Program-made: the position numbers and the translations under genes
IMG/VR virus record: IMGVR_UViG_3300034388_000038
Span: 1-59,034 of that record
Source of the DNA: a virus
Lineage: Duplodnaviria > Caudoviricetes
Strand: one strand, 5' to 3'
Length of the DNA: 59,034 nt
Notes under the pieces: model-generated
The model's input: the letters and a program-made list of their open reading frames with translations, nothing else
What the model was told of the DNA's origin: nothing
Databases searched by the model: none
Part shown: piece by piece, positions 1 through 6,941 of the stretch
Layout of the letters: every line of letters starts with the position of its first letter
Numbering within the stretch: the first letter of the stretch is position 1

Positions 1-243
1 CGGCCCATACGCCCGCGTGTCTACGACGACGTACTTCTCACCGGCCTTGGCCTCGGGTCTCGGCGCGTTGGGATAGGTTCTCATCGCTCTTCGTTCCTTA
101 ACGGACGGAGTTGATACCAGTAGATCGAGTACGATCTACCTGTCCTGTCATTTGTAAATATGCTGTGTCGCAGAGTCTTGAAGTTTAGCTTCAACGTCAC
201 GATGTCCCCAGCCTCAGAGCCATAGCTCTCATCGAAGTCATCC
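1..243. repeat. Left copy of 243-bp terminal overlap (circular closure)
   Basis: Matches 58792-59034 except at 128-131 (AGTA vs TACT), 159 (T vs C) and 181 (A vs G). Confidence 0.95.
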
Positions 244-320
244 GCCTCGGCCAAAAGGAACTTCGTTCCGTTCGGCACCTCAGGGTGGGCCTTGCGATCG
301 TCGGCGTAGTATCGCTTCAT
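81..320 (-). CDS. Small RNEER-family paralog E (79 aa), possible SH3-like beta barrel
   Basis: ATG overlaps the upstream gene's TGA (ATGA at 317-320); HPEVPNGT...AGDIVTL...YWYQLRPLRNEER shared with neighbours. Confidence 0.8.
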   Translation of the reverse strand: MKRYYADDRKAHPEVPNGTKFLLAEADDFDESYGSEAGDIVTLKLNFKTLRHSIFTNDRTGRSYSIYWYQLRPLRNEER

Positions 321-562
321 CGCTCTTCGTTCCTCAACAAACTGAACCGGTGCCAATACAGGAACCGTTCGTGTCCGTTCCGCAGATTACGCACTCGAAC
401 GCCGGGGTACGCGCCATTCCAGCTGTCGTGCTTCACCACAACGCATATGTCCCCTGCCTCGATCGTATCCTTACCAGGGTCGGCCATCCCCAAGTCGTCA
501 ACCTTACGGAGCTTCGTGCCGATGGGAATCTCAGGGTGCGCGCGATTCTCAAGTGGTTTCAT
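317..562 (-). CDS. Small RNEER-family paralog D (81 aa)
   Basis: HPEIPIGT...AGDICVV...YWHRFSLLRNEER. Confidence 0.8.
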   Translation of the reverse strand: MKPLENRAHPEIPIGTKLRKVDDLGMADPGKDTIEAGDICVVVKHDSWNGAYPGVRVRNLRNGHERFLYWHRFSLLRNEER

Positions 563-686
563 TGCTTCGCCCCCAGTCTTCAGCCAGACACTGGAATGTC
601 TTCGGGTCCATCAGGTCCTGGCCTTGGGTGTACTCATCGAAAACCACCTCGGCCTCTGGCAACAGGTCTTCATACTCGAAGGTCAT
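549..686 (-). CDS. Small acidic hypothetical protein (45 aa, MTFEYEDLLP...) within the array, not a family member
   Basis: ATG at 686 follows the GAGGA in the previous gene's RNEDR tail; fills the gap between paralogs C and D. Confidence 0.55.
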   Translation of the reverse strand: MTFEYEDLLPEAEVVFDEYTQGQDLMDPKTFQCLAEDWGRSNETT

Positions 687-687
687 G

Positions 688-924
688 TCATCTATCCTCG
701 TTCCGAAGGGGTGCGAGCCGTTTCCATGCGATGTAAACCCTCGTAATTTTTCTACCATCGAAAGAAAATTCTGGGCAATACGAGCCATCATTTTTACAAA
801 GAGCGACGGTCATACCAGCGGCAATGCCAAAGTCTCTACGTAACCATGAGTCATCGATAACGACGTACCTTGACCCGACGCGGGCATCTGGCCTTGGTTC
901 ATCCGGGAAGCATGGCAGTGGCAT
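688..924 (-). CDS. Small RNEER-family paralog C (78 aa)
   Basis: FPDEPRPDA.VGSRY...NDGSYCPEF...WKRLAPLRNEDR; GAGGAG SD upstream. Confidence 0.8.
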   Translation of the reverse strand: MPLPCFPDEPRPDARVGSRYVVIDDSWLRRDFGIAAGMTVALCKNDGSYCPEFSFDGRKITRVYIAWKRLAPLRNEDR

Positions 925-927
925 GAT

Positions 928-1155
928 TTATCTCTCCTCGTTTCTCAATGGGGCCAGCTGGTACCAGTTGACATACCAGTTTTCACCACGACTTCCGCCG
1001 TTGAACCGAGGGCATTTCGTCCCGTCGTTACGGTCCAGGGTGAGAATGTCACCCGCCTTGGCGCCGTAGGTTCTGTCCAAATCTTCAACGACAACGAGGC
1101 GATACCGACTGCCCAGTGGTGCATCGAGTCTTGGTTCATCAGGGAAGGGTGTCAT
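928..1155 (-). CDS. Small RNEER-family paralog B (75 aa)
   Basis: FPDEPRLDAPLGSRY...AGDILTL.RNDGTKCPRF...WYQLAPLRNEER. Confidence 0.8.
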   Translation of the reverse strand: MTPFPDEPRLDAPLGSRYRLVVVEDLDRTYGAKAGDILTLDRNDGTKCPRFNGGSRGENWYVNWYQLAPLRNEER

Positions 1156-1271
1156 ATATCCTCATTTCTGAATGGGCGAAGCCGGCGCCACATCACTTCG
1201 GTCTCAACACCATCGGGGCGAAGGAAAAACGGGCAATTTGTTCCGTCGTTCTTAAATAGGGTCAACACCAT
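1152..1271 (-). pseudogene. 5'-truncated RNEER-family paralog A (39 aa, MVLTLFKNDGTNCPFF...MWRRLRPFRNEDI)
   Basis: Translated by hand (below ORF-track cutoff); only the C-terminal half of the family domain; abuts the 16-bp palindrome, in-frame TGA 7 codons upstream, no nearby SD. Confidence 0.6.
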
Positions 1272-1286
1272 GCCTAACGTTAGGCA
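1271..1286. promoter_or_regulatory. 16-bp palindrome TGCCTAACGTTAGGCA copy 1
   Basis: Exact palindrome about 45 bp downstream of the promoter at 1331-1359. Confidence 0.85.
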
Positions 1287-1330
1287 AGCTCAGAACTCGA
1301 ACTCACCAAGTCCTCTCTCACTGTAAAACC

Positions 1331-1359
1331 ATTATAACACAGTTAAATGCTTAAGTCAA
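1331..1359 (-). promoter_or_regulatory. Sigma70-type promoter driving the RNEER array
   Basis: TTGACT-17 bp-TATAAT on minus strand; near-duplicate of 58538-58566. Confidence 0.8.
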
Positions 1360-1376
1360 GGCGATTGGACGCGTCA

Positions 1377-1848
1377 AATAGTACGTTATAGTTTACGAAT
1401 AGTACGTTGTGTAGTCGGATTAAAATTTCAATCGTGATAGTTGAATATGTGCTGCAAAGGCCCACGGGGTGCGGGTTTAGAGACATATGATTTTTTGAAT
1501 ATCACGAATAGTACGCTTTTTCGGAATCAAGTCGTCTGGAATTTTGAGGATTTTCGTCGATTGAGAAAATCCAGCGGGCTTGGCGCAATTCTCCAGTGAG
1601 ATAAAATCAATCGGCCTAGACGACGGTGTATGAAAAAAAGCATACTATTCGTACTATTTGTATGAGTAAATAAGATAACTATCTATAAACACAGGTGGTA
1701 TTTCCGTCAAACGCAATAGTACGTTAGACTCTTCTGTCGTACTATTAGGGTGGAAAGTCGTGCTATTATACGAAGTTATAGGTCTGCTTTACGGATTTTG
1801 CGTAAAATAGCTACGCCATATAACGTAGCTCTGACTAGGTTATCCACA
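1377..1848. other. Putative replication origin region (AT-rich, AATAGTACG repeats, DnaA box)
   Basis: AATAGTACG at 1377, 1398, 1507, 1715; inverted copies at 1650, 1738; 1-mismatch inverted copies at 1641, 1759; TTATCCACA at 1840-1848; no long ORF. Confidence 0.55.
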
Positions 1849-1904
1849 CAGCCCTACGTGGTAACCTTGCGATCACACTGACTAAACCGCGTCCACCGTA
1901 GGCA

Positions 1905-1926
1905 CTTTGCCTAATGTTAGGCAAAG
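1905..1926. promoter_or_regulatory. Palindrome copy 2 (variant CTTTGCCTAATGTTAGGCAAAG)
   Basis: One C to T change in the core; arms extended by 3 bp each. Confidence 0.8.
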
Positions 1927-2040
1927 ACAGAAATCCGTCAGGGTTTTCGGCGGCCCTCCGTTTGACTGTTGACGAGGGCGGCTAACTACGCGATTTGATT
2001 AATCACAGAGTGATTAATTGCGGAGCGGGTTTTGAGCACT

Positions 2041-2165
2041 GGGAGCTTGGGAGCTTGGGAGCTTGGGAGCTTGGGAGCTTGGGAGCTTGGGAGCTTGGGA
2101 GCTTGGGAGCTTGGGAGCTTGGGAGCTTGGGAGCTTGGGAGCTTGGGAGCTTGGGAGCTTGGGAG
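2041..2165 (+). repeat. Perfect tandem repeat (GGGAGCTT)x15 plus partial unit
   Basis: 120 bp of exact 8-bp units at 2041-2160. Confidence 0.97.
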
Positions 2166-2276
2166 GGGCGAGGCTTCCAAATTCGCCCTAGGATGGGCGA
2201 TCGTTTCCGGGGAAGGGTGAGGGCAGGGTTTAAGGGTTTAGCGCGTTCTGAGGGCAAAGGGCGAAGCGGGGAGGGC

Positions 2277-2307
2277 AAATAAAAACCCCGCCTCTTGCGA
2301 GGCGGGG
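2277..2307 (-). terminator. Intrinsic terminator after gene 2331-2996
   Basis: CCCCGCCTC-GCAA-GAGGCGGGG followed by TTTTTATTT on minus strand. Confidence 0.8.
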
Positions 2308-2330
2308 CAGTGAAGCGGGAAGGGTCGCTG

Positions 2331-2996
2331 TTAGGCGGCGAGGGCGACATCCTCTTTTGCAATCCCAAGGAGTGCCGCGACCTGCATCAGCATACCGTCA
2401 AGGGCGGCCGCCTCTTCTACGGCAACGGCGGCGAGCTTGGTTCCCCGGTTCTTTTCCGCCTCGCGGCGAAGGGCAGAGATGCGAACCCGCGCGGCTGCCA
2501 GATACTCAGCAACTTCACTCTTCAGTTCCTCGTTCTGACGAATCCGGGTGGCTTCGGCACGTGCGCTGTCAGGCGCGGCGGCGGCTTTGCCCTCTTCAGC
2601 CTTTTCCGCCTTTTCCGCCTTTTCCTTCGCGGCATCGGGCGTTCGCGTGGCGCGTTCTCGCTTGGCAATCAGGGCGCAAAAGCGATTGTAGAAGCTCCCC
2701 GCTGGCGTGACGCGCGCCGCCTTGTCACCTTCGGGGACAAGTAAGCCCTTCGATTTGCCGGTGCCGTCTTTCATCGGCCATGCTTTGATGATGATGAGCC
2801 GTTGCTTCAGAGCCTGACGCATGCTTTCGCAATCGGCCAAGGTGAAACCCTCGGCCAGCATCGCCGCGATGACCGCTTCCGTTTTGGCCTGTGCTTCGCC
2901 GCCGACCTTCAAGGCCTTGCCCTCGATTTTCAGAGCCTCGGTGATGATGCTGTTTGTTGCCTCGGTGCGCTCGGTGTCTTTAATCGGCTTAGACAT
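2331..2996 (-). CDS. Hypothetical protein (221 aa, Ala/Lys/Glu-rich, helical), monocistronic
   Basis: AAGGAGG SD, own promoter (3045-3072) and terminator; protein-like composition. Confidence 0.8.
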   Translation of the reverse strand: MSKPIKDTERTEATNSIITEALKIEGKALKVGGEAQAKTEAVIAAMLAEGFTLADCESMRQALKQRLIIIKAWPMKDGTGKSKGLLVPEGDKAARVTPAGSFYNRFCALIAKRERATRTPDAAKEKAEKAEKAEEGKAAAAPDSARAEATRIRQNEELKSEVAEYLAAARVRISALRREAEKNRGTKLAAVAVEEAAALDGMLMQVAALLGIAKEDVALAA

Positions 2997-3044
2997 GGTG
3001 AAACCTCCTTGAATTTTGCGGGCATGATTGCCCGATTTAGGTAC

Positions 3045-3072
3045 ATTCTATCATATTCTGTGCTTAGGTCAA
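3045..3072 (-). promoter_or_regulatory. Sigma70-type promoter for gene 2331-2996
   Basis: TTGACC-16 bp-TAGAAT with TGn extension; shares TTGACNTAAGCA with the promoters at 1359 and 58566. Confidence 0.65.
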
Positions 3073-3079
3073 CAGGTTT

Positions 3080-3099
3080 CTTGCCTAACGTTAGGCAAG
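3080..3099. promoter_or_regulatory. Palindrome copy 3 (CTTGCCTAACGTTAGGCAAG) between divergent promoters
   Basis: Exact core with extended arms, just upstream of the -35 at 3067-3072. Confidence 0.85.
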
Positions 3100-3259
3100 G
3101 GGATGCGGTCGGAATCATTCGGCGCGGGTAGGAAAACTTCGAGGCAGGGGGATGGGGGGACGAGACGGGGGCGGGCCGGTATGCTCTCTCACCCTCGCAA
3201 ATATGTCAGCAAAATTTCCCAGAAATTTCGTCCATCATTTTACCCGCACACTAATTGAC

Positions 3260-3288
3260 TTGACACGCGCAGCCCGCCCTGCCACAAT
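3260..3288 (+). promoter_or_regulatory. Rightward sigma70-type promoter at start of late arm
   Basis: TTGACA-17 bp-CACAAT. Confidence 0.6.
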
Positions 3289-3310
3289 ACCCATGCTTCT
3301 CCTCACTTTG

Positions 3311-3346
3311 GGGAGGGCGGGGAGGCGTCCGCCCTCCCGTTTTTTT
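3311..3346 (+). terminator. Intrinsic terminator in the late leader
   Basis: GGGAGGGCGG/CCGCCCTCCC stem followed by G then T7. Confidence 0.75.
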
Positions 3347-3364
3347 CAACACAGGAGCCTCGAC

Positions 3365-3760
3365 ATGACCACGGCCCTTGAAACCATCACCCCCTGGCCT
3401 CCGCTGCTGCCTATTGATTTGGCTTTGGGCCTGGACGACATCCCCGTTATCCTCGCTCGCCATGGATTGACGGAAAAAGACTACACCCAACTGGCCGATC
3501 TGCCGGCCTTTCGCCTGGAGTTGATGAAAATCAGCAAGGAAATCCGCGAGAACGGACTCTCATTCGCCCGAAAATCAGCCTATCAGGCTGAGTCGTACCT
3601 CGAAGACCTCGATCTGCTCATGCAGAACGTGGACACACCCCCGTCGATCAAGCTCGACATCTTCAAAACCCTCGCCAAGATGGGCGGACTGGAGCCAAAG
3701 GACGCGAAAGCGGACGGAAACGGCGCTCCGTCGTTCAATTTACAGATAAATATAGGCTGA
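3365..3760 (+). CDS. Probable terminase small subunit (131 aa)
   Basis: First late gene, AGGAG SD; helical protein ending in a beta-strand tail FNLQINIG typical of TerS; ORF-track start 3152 is too far upstream. Confidence 0.55.
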   Translation: MTTALETITPWPPLLPIDLALGLDDIPVILARHGLTEKDYTQLADLPAFRLELMKISKEIRENGLSFARKSAYQAESYLEDLDLLMQNVDTPPSIKLDIFKTLAKMGGLEPKDAKADGNGAPSFNLQINIG

Positions 3761-3774
3761 TTCCGCGAAAACCA

Positions 3775-3802
3775 TTGACATCCCACGAAATTTCTGCATA
3801 AT
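3775..3802 (+). promoter_or_regulatory. Possible internal promoter
   Basis: TTGACA-16 bp-CATAAT upstream of gene 3859. Confidence 0.45.
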
Positions 3803-3858
3803 CTCCGTCATCGGGTGGATCAACCACCCCACCGTCAGCCAAATGAAGGAGAAACCAG

Positions 3859-4482
3859 ATGGCCATCAAGTCGAGCAAAGCCGAAATCGGTCAACTCCGG
3901 GTGAAAGAACTCACCCTCACCGGCACCCCAGTGTCCACCGTGGGGAATGGCACCAAAAACGGGTATACTGTCAAAGCGATTGAGTACGGAGACGGCATGC
4001 TGCATCGCACACGCCTCACCTGCGCGGCAACCCCGATTACGATCGCCGACGACGCTGGCGTCGCCCAGTACGGCGGGGTCAAAATCTACGATCTGCCCGC
4101 TGGCTGCATCTGCGTCTTGGGCGCGGTGGTCGATGGCACCCTCACTGCGGGTGTAACTGGTACCGTGATCGCCACCTGGGCGGGCGGGTTCTCGCTGGGT
4201 ACTGCGACGGCCACCACCGGCTCGACCCTGACCGGCACTGAGGCCGACATCCTGCCGGAAGTGAACATTGCTGCGGCGATGGCGAAGGTCGGCACGGTCA
4301 AAGGGTTCCCCACTCCGACAGCGCTGACCGAGTCTGGCTCGCGGTGGCTCAACGGAACGGCGACGGCGTCCGATGTGTATCTGAACTTCGTCATCGACGA
4401 CGATGTCAGCCATACCGCTGGGACCGCGACCTTCACTGGGACTGTTGACCTTGTGTGGGTCAACCTCGGCGACGTAGCGTAA
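3859..4482 (+). CDS. Virion structural (decoration-like) protein, Thr/Gly/Ala-rich beta protein
   Basis: AAGGAG SD; composition and context; followed by GC hairpin 4495-4520. Confidence 0.6.
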   Translation: MAIKSSKAEIGQLRVKELTLTGTPVSTVGNGTKNGYTVKAIEYGDGMLHRTRLTCAATPITIADDAGVAQYGGVKIYDLPAGCICVLGAVVDGTLTAGVTGTVIATWAGGFSLGTATATTGSTLTGTEADILPEVNIAAAMAKVGTVKGFPTPTALTESGSRWLNGTATASDVYLNFVIDDDVSHTAGTATFTGTVDLVWVNLGDVA

Positions 4483-4539
4483 GGACTGACCATGGGCCCG
4501 GGGGCTGACCCTCCCGGGCCTTACTTCAAGGAGTGAGGC

Positions 4540-4890
4540 ATGGTCATCCCGGAAACTTACCCCATCACCATTATCCGCGGGAGAGAGTTCGACGTTGCGT
4601 TTACGTTCGTCGGTCTGAACCTGACAGGGTATACCATCAAGGCCCAGGCGCGGGAGACTGAGTCCCAGTCGTCTGCGCTGATCTTCCCCACAGGCACGAC
4701 GGCATTCACCCTCGCCGTTGTCTCCGGTACCGACTCGACTGTGACCCTCACCCTCACCGATACCCAGACCGCTGGCATCACCGCGAGCCAAGGGTGGTAC
4801 GACCTTCTGCTCACCGATGGCACAGGGAAAGATGAGACCTATATCCGCGGGCCTGTGACTGTGATCGGGTCTGTGACGGTGAAATCATGA
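4540..4890 (+). CDS. Fibre-attachment beta-sandwich protein (BppU/LtfC-like)
   Basis: ITIIRG.EF...NLTGYTIKAQAR...GWYDLLL...RG.VTV pattern; coupled to the downstream fibre gene. Confidence 0.6.
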   Translation: MVIPETYPITIIRGREFDVAFTFVGLNLTGYTIKAQARETESQSSALIFPTGTTAFTLAVVSGTDSTVTLTLTDTQTAGITASQGWYDLLLTDGTGKDETYIRGPVTVIGSVTVKS

Positions 4891-6230
4891 CGACCCCGGT
4901 GCGTGTGACAGTGACCCAGCAGCCGGTGCAGCTCGTCCGGCTCAGAACGATCGGACCCCAAGGCCCGTCAGGGGATGGAGCAGGGGCGACGTTCGCTGCT
5001 GACTTCGCCTCGCTGCCGCTCGTCGGGACGACGAACGTCCTGTACGTCACCCAGGATGAAGGGAAGTTCTACCAGTGGACCGGGGCGGCGTATGAGTTGC
5101 TCACGCCCGTGAGCTATAATGGGATCAAATATCTGACGGCGCCGACGATCAGCACGCAGGAAGAAGGCGATACGTATTGGAACGCCATTGACCACACGCT
5201 GGATATGTACACCGGTCTGGGTGGTGTGGTCGTGCAGCTGGGGCAGGAGTTGTTGCTGCTGGTGTATGTGCCGGCAAACGCGGCCGAGGCGATCAGCGAC
5301 GGATGGCCGGTCTCTCTGGATGGGTCGAGTGGGCTGCGCCCGATCGGGTATCGCACGGATGTCACAGTGTCGACGTCGTGCCGGTGTTTCATGGGCATCG
5401 CGACGATGAACATCCCGAAAGGAACGCATGGATTCGTGGCGATGCGCGGTCTGGTGCGCGGAATTAACACCTCGTCGTTCGAAGAAGGTGACCGGCTGTG
5501 GGTGTCAAACGTGGCACCGTACTTGACGGTGACTGAGCCGACCACTGGGTATCGCGTCCTGGCCGGGATGGTGTTGACGAAGTCAGCCCAGGGGCTGGTG
5601 TTCAGCAGTCCGCGGTCATTTGAGTTGACCGGTGAGATGGTCACGGCGCTGAAGGAAGATGGCACGCTGCTGCCGCAGAAGATCACCTACGCGAATGTGT
5701 ACTATAAAGACCAAGATACGTCGTTGGTTGGGATCAATCCTGCGGGGCCAGCAGCCGCACCCACCACGGACCCGAATGGTGAAGGCTGGTTGTTCGCAGG
5801 GGTTGCGACAGATAATGTCGCTGTGCTGAGCCGCCAGATCAACCACGACTGCAAACAAGGGACAATTAACATTGTCCCGCATATCCACTGGCGCAAGACC
5901 ACCGCGGCATCTGGAAACGTGACGTGGCGACTGGAGGCGAAGTACGCCGCGGTCGGAGGAGATTTCGGGGCGTACACCCAGGTCGGGACGGACGTGAGCA
6001 CGCCGATCGCAGCGACGGTGGATAACAACACAGCCACGCGGCACCTGATAACAAGTTTCGGAGCCATGAGTCTCACCGTCGGACTATCGACCATGATTTA
6101 TTTTAAACTGACTCGGGTTGCCAGCAACACCGGGACAGATACGTACAACGCGGATGCGTTGGCAATGAGTTTTGACTTCCACTACCCCGTCGACTCGCCG
6201 GGATCGGCGAGCGAATATTCGAAAACTTGA
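4887..6230 (+). CDS. Virion fibre/spike-like protein (447 aa)
   Basis: Short collagen-like GPQGPSG, modular beta-rich domains; ATGA overlap with previous gene. Confidence 0.6.
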   Translation: MTTPVRVTVTQQPVQLVRLRTIGPQGPSGDGAGATFAADFASLPLVGTTNVLYVTQDEGKFYQWTGAAYELLTPVSYNGIKYLTAPTISTQEEGDTYWNAIDHTLDMYTGLGGVVVQLGQELLLLVYVPANAAEAISDGWPVSLDGSSGLRPIGYRTDVTVSTSCRCFMGIATMNIPKGTHGFVAMRGLVRGINTSSFEEGDRLWVSNVAPYLTVTEPTTGYRVLAGMVLTKSAQGLVFSSPRSFELTGEMVTALKEDGTLLPQKITYANVYYKDQDTSLVGINPAGPAAAPTTDPNGEGWLFAGVATDNVAVLSRQINHDCKQGTINIVPHIHWRKTTAASGNVTWRLEAKYAAVGGDFGAYTQVGTDVSTPIAATVDNNTATRHLITSFGAMSLTVGLSTMIYFKLTRVASNTGTDTYNADALAMSFDFHYPVDSPGSASEYSKT

Positions 6231-6255
6231 CCAATAGACTGTCGGCCTGTAGGAT
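6227..6255 (+). promoter_or_regulatory. Possible internal promoter
   Basis: TTGACC-17 bp-TAGGAT upstream of gene 6275. Confidence 0.45.
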
Positions 6256-6274
6256 AGGCCCATACGGAGGACAT

Positions 6275-6649
6275 ATGAGCGATCCATGTAAACAAGAGGG
6301 CCCGGTCGATGACCTTTGGGAGAAGGTGGGTGCGCAGGATCGCATCATTGTCCGGGTTGAAACCTCCGTCGAACAGCTGGTCGCTGAGTTTAGGGAAGTC
6401 GCCAAGGATTTGCGTGCGTCATTGCTGGATAGTCGGGAGCAGAGAATTCGTCAGGAGCAGCAGGATAAAGCGATCAACACTCTGTTCTCGATGGTGCGGG
6501 ACGAGAAAGATTCCAGGTCGACTGAGTCGCAGGCGTTTCGTACATGGAAGGACAACATGGAAGGGCGTATCTCGACTCTTAAGGCCATCCCAATTATCTG
6601 TGTCATTCTTACCACACTGATTGCGCTGGGAAATTACTTTAACAAATAG
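6275..6649 (+). CDS. Coiled-coil protein with C-terminal TM helix (holin/XhlA-like topology)
   Basis: GGAGG SD; hydrophobic tail AIPIICVILTTLIALG. Confidence 0.55.
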   Translation: MSDPCKQEGPVDDLWEKVGAQDRIIVRVETSVEQLVAEFREVAKDLRASLLDSREQRIRQEQQDKAINTLFSMVRDEKDSRSTESQAFRTWKDNMEGRISTLKAIPIICVILTTLIALGNYFNK

Positions 6650-6659
6650 CGGAGGTTTT

Positions 6660-6932
6660 ATGACAGCCCCATACGATCGTTTTGGAAAGGCAAAAGTTGA
6701 GGCCCTTATGTACCCCGCGACCGGCGGTGCCGCAGTGGTCCCTCACGATACAAACTTCCTTGCGCAGGCTAGCCGAGGGCTGTGGGTAGGTGGCGCGGGT
6801 AATCTCGTTTTGACTCTTCTCGACGGTAGTGAGATTACCCTGAGTAATGTCCCTGCCGGCTCGCTCCTTCCGTTGCGGGTTTGCAGAGTGAAGACGACCA
6901 GCACTGCGACACTCATTGTTGCGCTTTACTAG
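6660..6932 (+). CDS. Head-spike base-like protein (resembles RcGTA Rcc01079 family)
   Basis: RGLWVGGAGNL.L...NVPAG.LLP.RV.RV..T.TAT.IVALY motif; GGAGG SD. Confidence 0.6.
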   Translation: MTAPYDRFGKAKVEALMYPATGGAAVVPHDTNFLAQASRGLWVGGAGNLVLTLLDGSEITLSNVPAGSLLPLRVCRVKTTSTATLIVALY

Positions 6933-6941
6933 GGGTTAACT

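Noticed and set aside
1-243. Terminal repeat as a true virion direct terminal repeat
   Set aside because: It starts and ends mid-gene and the copies differ; better explained as assembly overlap of a circular or permuted genome
81-1271. Diversity-generating retroelement or CRISPR array explaining the paralog array
   Set aside because: No reverse transcriptase or cas operon, differences are not adenine-specific, and the units are 230-250-bp coding genes rather than repeat-spacer units
1986-2368. ORFs encoding PSSQAPKL or WELGSLGA repeats
   Set aside because: They are translations of the stop-free 8-bp tandem repeat, lack SDs and overlap a terminator
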